Shown here piece by piece: positions 29,381 through 39,320 of a stretch of 64,000 nt of DNA. Numbering within the stretch: the stretch's first letter is position 1; each line of letters starts with the position of its first letter. The position numbers were made by a program, and so were the translations under genes. The DNA comes from a virus (lineage: Duplodnaviria; Caudoviricetes). The notes beneath the pieces were generated by a model. That model had not been told where the DNA came from, searched no databases, and worked only from the letters and a program-made list of their open reading frames with translations. The DNA is taken from the IMG/VR virus record IMGVR_UViG_3300030098_005649; one strand, 5' to 3'.

Positions 29381-30576
29381 ACTATTTTACTAAGTTTTAC
29401 GATATGAAACCGTATCTTTTCATAGATGAAAAGGAATGGAAATACATTATGGAGACTTATGAAAAAGATGAAGTAGTTGATGAATTGGCTAAATGTTTAC
29501 ATACATATCCGTGTCCAATACCACAAATTACTGAAGAAGAATCTTTGAGAAGTTTGAAAAGACTCAAGGGTGTGAAATGGCCAGATATATTGATGGAAGA
29601 TTTTTGGTTTCCAAGAAATGAACAAAAATCAAAATACATATTATCACCAAAATATTTCAAAAGAGATAATAAAGGTAATAATGCATCAAATCCATTTCAC
29701 ATAGAGACAAGATGGAAAGTTGATTGGACGAGAACACCAAGTGGATGGAAAACTTGGCAAACAATTGATGGGATAAAAACAATTGTTAGGGCATTTTGGA
29801 GTCTTGAAAAGGTATTGACCAAAGTAGATTTACAAAGTATTAGGATGGCCACCACATTACGAAAGTATGTGGCATCACAATTCAAACCAAGTATAGCGAA
29901 AGGATTTTATGACTACTTTAGAAGTGGTAATGTACTCGACTTTAGTGCTGGTTGGGGTGATAGGTTGGCTGGGTTTTATTGTGGAGAGACAACAAAATCA
30001 TATGTTGGGATTGACCCAAACACCCTCAATCATCCAAATTATCAAAGACAAGTTGAGTTCTATAAAGAAAACCAAACATTTTTTGAAGAACCAAAAGAGG
30101 TAGAGTTTATTTGTGAACCAGCGGAAGATGTGGATTATTCAAAATATGAAAATTATTTCGATACAATATTTACATCACCACCTTATTTCAATGTTGAGAA
30201 ATATTCCGATGAAGATACTCAAAGTTACATCAGATATAAAGACATTGATAGTTGGAATAAGAACTTCTTACATAAGACAATAGAAAAGATAATTCCAACA
30301 TTGAAAAAGGATGGGATACTGGCAATAAATATTGCAGATGTTTATGATGCAAAAAACAAAACATATTTTGACATCTGTAATCCAATGAATGATTTTATAA
30401 AATCACAAGGGTTGGAATACTATGGTTGTATAGGAATGGAGATGACTAAGAGATTCAATAGTGGTGGTGCTGGTAATGCAAAAAGTGAATACTTTAGTGA
30501 GGATTTGAAAGATAAAACAAAGGAAACCGAAAATATAGCATTCGGAGAACCAATATGGATATGGAAAAAAGCTTGA
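29359..30576 (+). CDS. DNA methyltransferase, SPPY type; tandem paralog of 28154-29380
   Basis: SQFKPSIAK, LDFSAGWGDRLAG, FTSPPYFNVEKY, shared NSGGAG.AKSE and EPIW.WKK. Confidence 0.85.
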   Translation: MGMEKIIDYFTKFYDMKPYLFIDEKEWKYIMETYEKDEVVDELAKCLHTYPCPIPQITEEESLRSLKRLKGVKWPDILMEDFWFPRNEQKSKYILSPKYFKRDNKGNNASNPFHIETRWKVDWTRTPSGWKTWQTIDGIKTIVRAFWSLEKVLTKVDLQSIRMATTLRKYVASQFKPSIAKGFYDYFRSGNVLDFSAGWGDRLAGFYCGETTKSYVGIDPNTLNHPNYQRQVEFYKENQTFFEEPKEVEFICEPAEDVDYSKYENYFDTIFTSPPYFNVEKYSDEDTQSYIRYKDIDSWNKNFLHKTIEKIIPTLKKDGILAINIADVYDAKNKTYFDICNPMNDFIKSQGLEYYGCIGMEMTKRFNSGGAGNAKSEYFSEDLKDKTKETENIAFGEPIWIWKKA

Positions 30577-30601
30577 CTTGTATTGCTTTTATTCGTATAT
30601 T
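30573..30601 (+). promoter_or_regulatory. sigma70-type promoter
   Basis: TTGACT-17 nt-TATATT; the -35 box overlaps the upstream TGA stop. Confidence 0.75.
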
Positions 30602-30626
30602 CATATATGATAAATTAGGAAAATAA

Positions 30627-31544
30627 ATGGAAAATGATACTCTTTTGTGGGTTGAGAAATATCGACCACAAACACTCGATACATATGTTGGTAACGAACA
30701 CCTTGTAAAGAAGGTTGGTTCATATATCAAAAATGATGACATACCACACCTTTTACTATATGGGAAGGCTGGTACAGGTAAGACTACTCTTGCAAAACTA
30801 ATCGTCAATCAGATTGATTGTGATTATTTATACATCAATGCATCCGATGAGAATAATGTTGATACTGTTAGGACAAAGATAAAGACATTTGCCTCAAGTA
30901 TTGGATTCAAGAAATGGAAAGTGGTTATATTAGACGAGTGTGATTACATAACACCAAATGCTCAGGCTGCTCTTCGTAATCTTATGGAAGTATTTTCTTC
31001 ACATTGTAGATTTATATTGACTTGTAATTATTTAGAGAGAATGTTACAACCTATCGTAAGTCGTTGTCAGACTTATAATATATCACCACCATCTAAAAAA
31101 GAAGTTGCTCTTCACTTGAATACCATTTTGAAACAAGAGGATGTCGATTTTGAAATAAAAGATATGGGTGACATAGTAAATGCAAACTATCCTGATATTC
31201 GTAGAATTATAAATACAATACAAAGACAAGTGGTGGATGGTAAACTCGTATTAGTATCTGAAGAATATAATGATAATTATAAAGTAAAGATTTTGGAATC
31301 ATTGAAAAATGACAATCCAAAAGATTGTTTCAATAACATACGAAAGATTCTTGCAAACTCAAAGATAAACGACTTTGTGGATTTGTTTAGATACTTATAT
31401 GACACGATAGATGATTTTGCAAAGGGTTCTGAAGCCGAGGTTATACTAACAATCGCCGAGTATGAGTTTCGTGATTCACAAGTTCCAGATAAAGAGATAA
31501 ATTGTATGGCGATGCTAACCAAGATTATAGGATATGTAAAATGA
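30627..31544 (+). CDS. clamp loader AAA+ subunit (gp44/RFC-like)
   Basis: WVEKYRPQTL, GKAGTGKTT, INASDEN, ILDECD, AQAALRN, FILTCNY, SRCQ. Confidence 0.95.
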   Translation: MENDTLLWVEKYRPQTLDTYVGNEHLVKKVGSYIKNDDIPHLLLYGKAGTGKTTLAKLIVNQIDCDYLYINASDENNVDTVRTKIKTFASSIGFKKWKVVILDECDYITPNAQAALRNLMEVFSSHCRFILTCNYLERMLQPIVSRCQTYNISPPSKKEVALHLNTILKQEDVDFEIKDMGDIVNANYPDIRRIINTIQRQVVDGKLVLVSEEYNDNYKVKILESLKNDNPKDCFNNIRKILANSKINDFVDLFRYLYDTIDDFAKGSEAEVILTIAEYEFRDSQVPDKEINCMAMLTKIIGYVK

Positions 31545-31783
31545 CAATGAGACCGATGAAACCAATGCCAGGACAACAACAACAAGTACAAGTTGATTTG
31601 AGTAAGGCTGAAAGTATCTCGTGTGAGAAATGTGGTAATTATAATTTTATTCAGACATACTTTCTGAAGAAATTATCACCACTTGTATCACCAACAGGAG
31701 AAGAAGCCATAGTACCAATCAATGTATTTTCTTGTGGTAATTGTGGTGAAGTACCAAAAGGATTCATTCCAAAAGATGAGTAA
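31541..31783 (+). CDS. small zinc-ribbon protein
   Basis: CEKC...CGNC; start moved to ATG 31541. Confidence 0.65.
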   Translation: MTMRPMKPMPGQQQQVQVDLSKAESISCEKCGNYNFIQTYFLKKLSPLVSPTGEEAIVPINVFSCGNCGEVPKGFIPKDE

Positions 31784-32330
31784 TTACGAACAAAATTTAG
31801 TAAAATTATTTGGTAATGATTATGTGGATAATCTTGTTCCATCTGAAGAAGAGTTGGAACAAAAGTATAGTATTGAGGATACCAAACAAAAAGGTAAATC
31901 TTTATTTGACCACATAACTGCAATTTGTACACAACCAAACAACTATTTTGAAAATCTAACAGAGGTTGATAAAAAGTCGTGGTCAAATTATATGGTACAT
32001 CGATTCCTTTCAATGAAAATGGAATGGGTGGACTTTGTAAATGATGTTCAGAAGTATTGGACATTAGAACCTAAAGATGTTTATAAGTTGTATACAAGTA
32101 TATTACCAAGAAAAAAACAATGGTTGAAATATATCAAGGGAGAAAAAGATATGAGACCCAACGAGGTATTAGAGATAATATCAAAACACTTCAAACTATC
32201 ATACAGAGAGTCTGTGCAGTATTATGACTACTACATCTCTTCTGAACAAGGTAAGACCGAACTCGGTGGTATCTTGAGAAAGTATGGAGTAAAAGAAGAT
32301 GTAATTCGTAGGAAATACGGACTTACATAA
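31776..32330 (+). CDS. probable clamp loader small subunit (gp62-like)
   Basis: WSNYMVHRFLS...KKQWLKYIK pattern; position after gp44; start moved to ATG 31776. Confidence 0.55.
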   Translation: MSNYEQNLVKLFGNDYVDNLVPSEEELEQKYSIEDTKQKGKSLFDHITAICTQPNNYFENLTEVDKKSWSNYMVHRFLSMKMEWVDFVNDVQKYWTLEPKDVYKLYTSILPRKKQWLKYIKGEKDMRPNEVLEIISKHFKLSYRESVQYYDYYISSEQGKTELGGILRKYGVKEDVIRRKYGLT

Positions 32331-32386
32331 TGTATAATCGGTTTAATAACCCAAACTTAAATCCAGTTACAATAGAGGGATACAAA

Positions 32387-32959
32387 ATGGCGAAAGGTAA
32401 ATTGACAGAACTTACTAATTATGAGAAAGCATTGTATGAACACGAATGGGGATTAGATACCAAAGAAAAAATAATTTGGTTGAATCAAGAATTCGAGTTA
32501 TCGACAATTTATGATATCGGAGCAAAATTACACACGATACAGAGGGTAAATCCTACTGATGACCCAATAACTTTACATATCACATCTTATGGTGGTGATT
32601 TGTATTCGGCACTTGGGTTGATAGACACTATACAATCATTTCCTGTGAAAGTAAATACACACGCAGTTGGTGCATGTATGAGTGCAGGAAGTTTGATTCT
32701 AATAAGTGGTACAGGTGAAAGAACTATGACTAAAAATACGACAATTATGGTACACGAGGGTTCTTCTTTTGAACACGGAAAAACAAGTGATGTGTTGAGT
32801 TCATCAAAACATCTTGAAAATCTTAGGAAGAAAATGATAGAGATGTTTATTCAACACACCAACAAACCAAAGGCATTTTGGAATAGAATTATGACAAAAG
32901 ACACATACATTGATTCCAAACAGGCTATAGAATACGGAATAGTAGATAGTATAAAATGA
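32387..32959 (+). CDS. clpP: ClpP-like serine protease subunit
   Basis: ITSYGGDL, GACMSAG (Ser), IMVHE (His), DTYIDSKQAIEYGIVD; start moved to ATG 32387 behind GAGGGA. Confidence 0.85.
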   Translation: MAKGKLTELTNYEKALYEHEWGLDTKEKIIWLNQEFELSTIYDIGAKLHTIQRVNPTDDPITLHITSYGGDLYSALGLIDTIQSFPVKVNTHAVGACMSAGSLILISGTGERTMTKNTTIMVHEGSSFEHGKTSDVLSSSKHLENLRKKMIEMFIQHTNKPKAFWNRIMTKDTYIDSKQAIEYGIVDSIK

Positions 32960-34035
32960 CAAGTGTAGATTACCAAGTCCTAAGTAAGTTCGTTGATATC
33001 GATGAACGAGATTTGGAGTTTCACAAGATAACAAATGCAATAAAAGAACACGATATCGAACACGGTATCGAAGTTATATTTGATTATTATCGGAGACACG
33101 GATTTCCACATTATAAAATTCGTGAAGAAGAGAAACACGACCACATAAGAAAACTACAAAAGTTCGATGTGGATACTATTTTTATTGATAATCAAATCAT
33201 ACAGACAATGCATTGTTTGAGATTGGCTTGGACATACTTCCCACATTTTTGGGAAATAAGATGTGGGAGTGCCAAACAATCACCAATGGAAATATTCAAT
33301 GATGACGAGAAGTTCAAAAAGACTATTCGTAAATGTTGGAATTGGAGTGCAAAACATTACAAAGGTGAGGAGAATCATCCAAACAATAAGTTTACAGAGA
33401 ACAGACTTAGACAATCACTAAAAATTTATACAGGAACTCAATCAGTTAGTAACTTTAGACCAACTGCTGCAAAACTTATATATGAGAAGTTTGGTGGTGA
33501 AGTAGTTTGGGATATGAGTTGTGGTTGGGGTGGTAGATTATTAGGATTCTTATCTGCATCAAATACCAAACATTACATTGGTACTGAACCATCTACGAGA
33601 ACTTTTGATGGTCTGTTGAAGATGAAAAAAGATTTTTCGTATTTTGGGAAAAAAGTTGATATTTATAAACAAGGAAGTGAGGAATTCAAACCAGAAAAAA
33701 AATCACTCGATTTATGTTTCACTTCCCCACCTTATTTCGATACTGAAAAATATAGCTTGGAAAAGTCACAAAGTTTTATTAAATTCCCTACAGAGAATGA
33801 ATGGGTAAATGGTTTTTTGAGAAAGACTATTCAAAATTGTTATGATGGACTAAAAAAAGATAAATATATGTTGATAAATATTGCAAATACTCCTAAGTAT
33901 GATTTTATAGAAAAGGAGACTATTGGTATATCAAAAGAACTTGGTTTTACACAAGAAGACACATTACAATTGACATTATCAAGTGTAATGGGTGCGGGTT
34001 ATAAATATGAACCCATATTTGTTTTTAAAAAATGA
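32956..34035 (+). CDS. third SPPY-type DNA methyltransferase
   Basis: SNFRPTAAK, WDMSCGWGGRLLG, FTSPPYFDTEKY, EPIFVFKK. Confidence 0.85.
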   Translation: MTSVDYQVLSKFVDIDERDLEFHKITNAIKEHDIEHGIEVIFDYYRRHGFPHYKIREEEKHDHIRKLQKFDVDTIFIDNQIIQTMHCLRLAWTYFPHFWEIRCGSAKQSPMEIFNDDEKFKKTIRKCWNWSAKHYKGEENHPNNKFTENRLRQSLKIYTGTQSVSNFRPTAAKLIYEKFGGEVVWDMSCGWGGRLLGFLSASNTKHYIGTEPSTRTFDGLLKMKKDFSYFGKKVDIYKQGSEEFKPEKKSLDLCFTSPPYFDTEKYSLEKSQSFIKFPTENEWVNGFLRKTIQNCYDGLKKDKYMLINIANTPKYDFIEKETIGISKELGFTQEDTLQLTLSSVMGAGYKYEPIFVFKK

Positions 34036-34052
34036 TAAATGAGAGGTTATAA

Positions 34053-34430
34053 ATGATAAAAGAAAGAACAGAAACATCTGTTGTATCAACTGATGAAGTT
34101 GTAGAACTGATGGAAAAAGAGTGGCCAGTAATGACTGCTGAGTTCAAAAAGTTACAAAGAGAACAATATGAATTGTTCTTACACAAACAACACGATTATG
34201 GTCCTGGTAATATTTCAGTTGGAACAGCATTGAAAACACCAGAAGAGGTGAAACTATCACTTACAGGTTTGTGGTTTCGTATGAATGATAAGTTACAGAG
34301 AGTAAAGACTTTATTGATGAACAATAGAGAATCTGCTGTAAAAGATGAACCATTAGAAGATGCATATTTGGATGTATCTAATTATGGGATAATGGCGACA
34401 ATTGTAGGTCGTGGTAAGTGGGGTAAGTAA
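34053..34430 (+). CDS. DUF1599 / nucleotide-modification-associated (MazG-like fold) protein
   Basis: KQHDYG.GNI, RMNDKLQR, EPLEDAYLDVSNYGIM. Confidence 0.75.
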   Translation: MIKERTETSVVSTDEVVELMEKEWPVMTAEFKKLQREQYELFLHKQHDYGPGNISVGTALKTPEEVKLSLTGLWFRMNDKLQRVKTLLMNNRESAVKDEPLEDAYLDVSNYGIMATIVGRGKWGK

Positions 34431-35300
34431 TTGTCGGTAAATAGAGTAAGTCACTCACAATATTCTGTATGGAGTAATTGTCCTTATCAATGGAAACTAA
34501 AGTACATTGATAAGTTAGCTCCATTTTCAGATTCCATACACACTATGTTTGGTACGAGTGTACACGAGGTATTACAAACTTATCTTGATGTAATGTATAA
34601 AAAGTCAATCAAAGAGGCAGACCAACTACCACTTGATAAAATGTTACTTCATAGAATGAAAACCAACTATGAGAACATTATGAAAAACAATGGTGGAGAA
34701 GAATTTTGTACTGAAAATGATATGAAAGAATTCTTTAGTCACGGAGTATTGATATTTGATTTCTTCAAAAAGAAAAGAGCTAATTATTTCTCAAAGAAAT
34801 ATTGGGAGTTGGTTGGAGTAGAAATTCCACTACAGAAGAAATTGAGACCAAATATGAACTTTGTTGGGTTCATAGATTTAGTTATGAAAGATACACGAAA
34901 TGGTAGATTCAAAGTTATTGATATAAAGACATCCACTAAAGGGTGGAATAAATATGTCAAACAAGACAAGATAAAATCAGACCAAATTTTGTTGTATAAA
35001 AAGTTTTTATCTGAGACTTGGAAGATACCAATTGATAGGATTGATGTAGAGTTTCTTATATTGAAACGAATGTTATATGAAAATGTGGACTTTCCACAAA
35101 AAAGAGTACAACTTCACCATCCAGCAAATGGAACTCCAAGTATGAATCAGACTTGGAAAAGATTTGAATCTTTTATGGATGATTGTTATGACGAGAATGG
35201 AGATAGAATATTAGACAAAGAGTATACAAAAACAAATACTCAGAAGTCTTGTAAGTGGTGTGAGTTCAAAGATAAACCAGAAATATGTGATAGGGGATAA
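34431..35300 (+). CDS. PD-(D/E)XK exonuclease (RecB/Cas4-like, with Cys motifs)
   Basis: SHSQY..W..CPYQW, GFIDLV...IDIKTS, CKWCEF; TTG start. Confidence 0.85.
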   Translation: MSVNRVSHSQYSVWSNCPYQWKLKYIDKLAPFSDSIHTMFGTSVHEVLQTYLDVMYKKSIKEADQLPLDKMLLHRMKTNYENIMKNNGGEEFCTENDMKEFFSHGVLIFDFFKKKRANYFSKKYWELVGVEIPLQKKLRPNMNFVGFIDLVMKDTRNGRFKVIDIKTSTKGWNKYVKQDKIKSDQILLYKKFLSETWKIPIDRIDVEFLILKRMLYENVDFPQKRVQLHHPANGTPSMNQTWKRFESFMDDCYDENGDRILDKEYTKTNTQKSCKWCEFKDKPEICDRG

Positions 35301-35302
35301 GG

Positions 35303-35719
35303 ATGCAAGATACCTTTGGCAAACAAGTAAATTATAGTATCAGAATATCAACAAAAGGTTGGTTAGGTAATGGAGTATATGAAGACTTTATACTCGATTT
35401 CTTGGACGAGGCTTGGGGTAGTTCTGCAAGATTCAAATGTTATTTTTTACTTCACGATTCAAAAGACCTAAGTGGGTTACAGAAATTTATGAAGACTTGT
35501 GAAGGAAAATTACATTGGAAAACAATCATAGAATCAGAACCAAAGGAGAGAGTTTGGTTCGATATAGGTGAAGTAGATACAAAACTAAATAGATTTTGGT
35601 ATCAGGCAGATAATCCAGATGGTATAGTTTTAGGTGTTTCCCAATTTATAAAGGCTGCAGAGTTTTGTTCACAACCAAAACACCAACAGAAACCAAAACA
35701 GAAGAGAACCGATGGATGA
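35303..35719 (+). CDS. hypothetical protein
   Basis: 138 aa ORF in operon spacing. Confidence 0.55.
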   Translation: MQDTFGKQVNYSIRISTKGWLGNGVYEDFILDFLDEAWGSSARFKCYFLLHDSKDLSGLQKFMKTCEGKLHWKTIIESEPKERVWFDIGEVDTKLNRFWYQADNPDGIVLGVSQFIKAAEFCSQPKHQQKPKQKRTDG

Positions 35720-36122
35720 TATGAGAGTAGCAATTGTTGGGAGTAGAGAGTATGTTGATAAGAGAAAAGTACGAGACTTTATTTTCAAATGTAAAGAACA
35801 ATTTGGTACAGACTTAGAAATAGTAAGTGGTGGTCAAAAACAAGGTGCAGATGGTTACGCAAAAAAATTCTCATTAGAAATGGATGTAAAATATTCAGAA
35901 TTTCCACCACAACATTACCCATACAACCAACATTGTATACGACCAAACTATGAGTATGGTAAGGATTATAGAGTTTATCATTATCATAAAAGAAATAAAC
36001 AGATTGCAGAATACTCTGATGTAGTTGTTGCATTTATACCAGTAGATAAAAGGTCAAAAGGTACAGAAAGTTGTTTATTGGAGGCTAAAAAATTGAAAAA
36101 AAATATAACCATTATACAATAA
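35712..36122 (+). CDS. SLOG-superfamily (YspA/DUF2493-like) protein
   Basis: VAIVGSR, IVSGG..QGAD, RN..IAEYSD.VVAF...SKGT. Confidence 0.8.
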   Translation: MDDMRVAIVGSREYVDKRKVRDFIFKCKEQFGTDLEIVSGGQKQGADGYAKKFSLEMDVKYSEFPPQHYPYNQHCIRPNYEYGKDYRVYHYHKRNKQIAEYSDVVVAFIPVDKRSKGTESCLLEAKKLKKNITIIQ

Positions 36123-36161
36123 TGATATATTTATATATAAGTATTTATGAGGGAAAACTAA

Positions 36162-36356
36162 ATGGATAAGTTCAAATTGACTTCGGTAAAGGTGTTGAAA
36201 GATTCATATATAAGATTTAGAAGTATATGTCTCGATGATGATTTTACCTTACAAAAATTAGTAAACAGAGCTATAGACAAATATAATCAAGATGAAAATT
36301 TTCGAGATGAGATTCGAGACTATACTCAACTACATATTAGTAGTTCAAAATTATAG
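36162..36356 (+). CDS. small putative ribbon-helix-helix DNA-binding protein
   Basis: KLTSVKV strand followed by two short helices (TLQKLVNRAIDKY); preceded by TATTTATA at 36128. Confidence 0.5.
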   Translation: MDKFKLTSVKVLKDSYIRFRSICLDDDFTLQKLVNRAIDKYNQDENFRDEIRDYTQLHISSSKL

Positions 36357-36374
36357 AAATAGGATAGGTTATAA

Positions 36375-36626
36375 ATGATAAATTTAAGAGACGACTTAAT
36401 AAGAGCAAGTGAGTCACATTTTTTAGCACACATTGAGAAACATAGAGTCAATGTGGAGAATCTATTAAATAATGCAGTAGGAGTTAGTGAACATTCAGAC
36501 TTGATGGATACGATAGAAAAAGAGCTGGCAATTATTGCTGAGTATGATGATAAACTTGAAACTTTAAAAAAATATTTTCCGACAGAATATAATGGAAAAG
36601 ATACGAAGGAACTTCTAAATGGCTAA
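36375..36626 (+). CDS. small helical hypothetical protein
   Basis: 83 aa ORF overlapping the next gene; unusual content of 4 TTAA sites. Confidence 0.65.
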   Translation: MINLRDDLIRASESHFLAHIEKHRVNVENLLNNAVGVSEHSDLMDTIEKELAIIAEYDDKLETLKKYFPTEYNGKDTKELLNG

Positions 36627-38028
36627 GAAAAAAATATTATTATTATCAGACGACTTGAGAATGGCTTCTGGTGTTGGTACGATGTCAAAAGAATTTGTTA
36701 TGGGAACTGCTCATCATTTTGATTGGTATCAGATTGGTGGTGCTATCAAACATCCTGAAGAGGGTAAGATATTTGATATATCTGATGATGTGAACAAGGA
36801 ACGAGGTATCAAAGATGCAAATGTAAAGGTTCAACCAATTAGTGGTTATGGTAATCCTAATTTACTGAGAGGAATTTTGTCAGTAGAAAAACCAGATGCT
36901 ATAATGATTTATACAGACCCAAGATTTTGGGTTTGGTTGTTTGAAATGGAACACGAAGTACGACAAGAGATTCCTATCTTCTATTATAATATTTGGGATG
37001 ACTTACCTTATCCGAGATGGAATGAAAACTATTATGAGTCTTGTGATTTGATTATGAATATTTCAAGACAGACTGTGAACATAGTCAATCAAGTTTGTCA
37101 AAGAACACCGAGAACTGAGAAGGATTCTACATACATACCACACGGAATAAACGAAGAACTTTTCAGACCATTATCTGATGAAGATACCAAAAGTAAAAAG
37201 TATACTGAATTTGTATCCAAGATAAACTCAAGGGGTAAAAAAGATTTTATCATTCTTTACAACAATAGAAACATCAGAAGAAAATTACCTGGTGATACTA
37301 TATTGGCTTATAAACATTTCTGTGACCAATTACCAAAAGAAGAGGCTAAGAAATGTTTGTTGATTATGCACACCAATCCTGTAGACAATAATGGAACAGA
37401 TTTACCAGCAGTTGTGGATGAATTGTGTCCAGACTACGATGTATTCTTCTCGCATGTCAAACTATCTACTGAGGAATTGAATTATTTATATGGAGTTTCG
37501 GATGTTACAATCAATATGGCATCAAATGAAGGATTTGGACTTGCTACTGCAGAATCCCTAATGAGTGGAACACCAATTATTGTAAATGTTACAGGTGGAT
37601 TACAAGACCAATGTGGATTTACAAAACAAGTTATAAATAATGATGGTAGTGGATATACAAATGAATTACTTACCGTTGATGATTATACTAAAGAATGGGG
37701 TTCTAACCACGATGGTAAATATCAAGAGTGTGGAGAGTGGGCATTTCCAATATTTCCAGCCTGTCGTTCACTTCAAGGTTCACCACCAACTCCGTACATT
37801 TTTGATGACAGATGTAGATTTGAAGATGCAGGAGATAAGTTGAAAGAGGTTTATGATTTACCTAAAGAAGAAAGAGTTCGTAGAGGATTATTGGGTAGGG
37901 AGTTTGTTTTGAGAGAGGACATTGGTATGTCTTCAAAACATATGAATGAAAGGTTCATAAAAGATATGGATTGGGCTTTCGAGAACTTCAAACCAAGAAA
38001 ACAATTTGAATTATCAGAGGTTATATAG
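36619..38028 (+). CDS. GT-B (GT4-like) glycosyltransferase
   Basis: LLSDD..M.SGV, NRNIRRK, EGFGLATAESLMSGTPII. Confidence 0.9.
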   Translation: MAKKKILLLSDDLRMASGVGTMSKEFVMGTAHHFDWYQIGGAIKHPEEGKIFDISDDVNKERGIKDANVKVQPISGYGNPNLLRGILSVEKPDAIMIYTDPRFWVWLFEMEHEVRQEIPIFYYNIWDDLPYPRWNENYYESCDLIMNISRQTVNIVNQVCQRTPRTEKDSTYIPHGINEELFRPLSDEDTKSKKYTEFVSKINSRGKKDFIILYNNRNIRRKLPGDTILAYKHFCDQLPKEEAKKCLLIMHTNPVDNNGTDLPAVVDELCPDYDVFFSHVKLSTEELNYLYGVSDVTINMASNEGFGLATAESLMSGTPIIVNVTGGLQDQCGFTKQVINNDGSGYTNELLTVDDYTKEWGSNHDGKYQECGEWAFPIFPACRSLQGSPPTPYIFDDRCRFEDAGDKLKEVYDLPKEERVRRGLLGREFVLREDIGMSSKHMNERFIKDMDWAFENFKPRKQFELSEVI

Positions 38029-39318
38029 ATGAAACCATTAGTATTAGTTACCGCACCAGTTGGGACTCGTAGTGGATATGGGTCAAGGTCAAGAGATATA
38101 GTTAGGGCTCTTGTAAAATTAGATAAGTATGATGTGAAAGTATTCAATGTACCTTGGGGTAATACACCACAAAATGCTTTGATGATTGACCATCCAAAAG
38201 ATAAACCAATCATTGATAATTTATTAGTCAATCCTAACTTAGATAGACAACCCGATATACATATTCACATCGTTGTACCAAATGAATTTCAACCTTATGG
38301 TAAGTTCAACATTGGAATAACTGCTGGATTAGAGGCCACACTCATACCAAAAGAGTGGATTGAGGGATGTAATAGAATGGATTTGGTTTTAGCAAGTTCT
38401 AATTTTTCTAAAGAAGTATTGTTGAAAACTGTATATGAAGAGAAAAATCAACAAGGTCAAGTAGTAAATACATTACAAGTAAACTCACCAGTAGAGGTTT
38501 TATTTGAAGGTGTGGATACTGAGGTTTACAATACAACAAATGAATTTGACCCAATCGTAGTTGATGAGTTAGGTAAGATAAAAACTGATTTCAATTATTT
38601 ATTTGTTGGTCATTGGTTACAAGGTGGATTTGGTAATGATAGAAAAGATGTGGGTAGAATGATACATACATTCTTACAGACATTCAAGAGTCAAGAAGAC
38701 CAACCAGGATTGATATTGAAAACAAGTGGTGCTGGATACTCTATTATTGATAAAGATGTTATAACAAAAAGAATCAAAGAGATACAGGCAAAGTTCAAAG
38801 GTGAATCATTACCACCAATATATTTTCTACACGGAGATTTGACCGATGAACAAATGAACCAATTATACAATCATCCAAAAGTAAGTGCACATATTTCATT
38901 TACTCACGGAGAGGGATTTGGTAGACCATTATTAGAGGCGACAATGAGTGGTAAACCAGTAATTGCATCTGCTGCAACAGGACATATAGATTTTCTAAAA
39001 CCTGAATATTCTATGTTGGTGAATGGTAATTACATACCTGTACATAAAGATTCATTTCCAAAAAATATCTATGTTGAGGGACAACATTGGTTTGATGTAA
39101 ATTTACAAGAGGCATCTAATTCTATGAAGTTCGTGAAGTCTCGATACAAGAAATTTACAGAACTTGCATCACAACAAAAGATAATAAATGAAGTAGAGTT
39201 TTCATTTGATAAGATGGTGGAACTATTAGGTACATACATTGATAAGGTGCCAACTGCAGTAGAAATGAAACTACCAAAGTTAGGTAAGTTACCAAAACTA
39301 AATAAAGTTGGGAGTTAG
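38029..39318 (+). CDS. GT-B (GT4-like) glycosyltransferase
   Basis: APV.TRSGYG, FVGHWLQG...DRKD, HGEGFGRPLLEA.MSGKPVIA. Confidence 0.9.
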   Translation: MKPLVLVTAPVGTRSGYGSRSRDIVRALVKLDKYDVKVFNVPWGNTPQNALMIDHPKDKPIIDNLLVNPNLDRQPDIHIHIVVPNEFQPYGKFNIGITAGLEATLIPKEWIEGCNRMDLVLASSNFSKEVLLKTVYEEKNQQGQVVNTLQVNSPVEVLFEGVDTEVYNTTNEFDPIVVDELGKIKTDFNYLFVGHWLQGGFGNDRKDVGRMIHTFLQTFKSQEDQPGLILKTSGAGYSIIDKDVITKRIKEIQAKFKGESLPPIYFLHGDLTDEQMNQLYNHPKVSAHISFTHGEGFGRPLLEATMSGKPVIASAATGHIDFLKPEYSMLVNGNYIPVHKDSFPKNIYVEGQHWFDVNLQEASNSMKFVKSRYKKFTELASQQKIINEVEFSFDKMVELLGTYIDKVPTAVEMKLPKLGKLPKLNKVGS

Positions 39319-39320
39319 TA

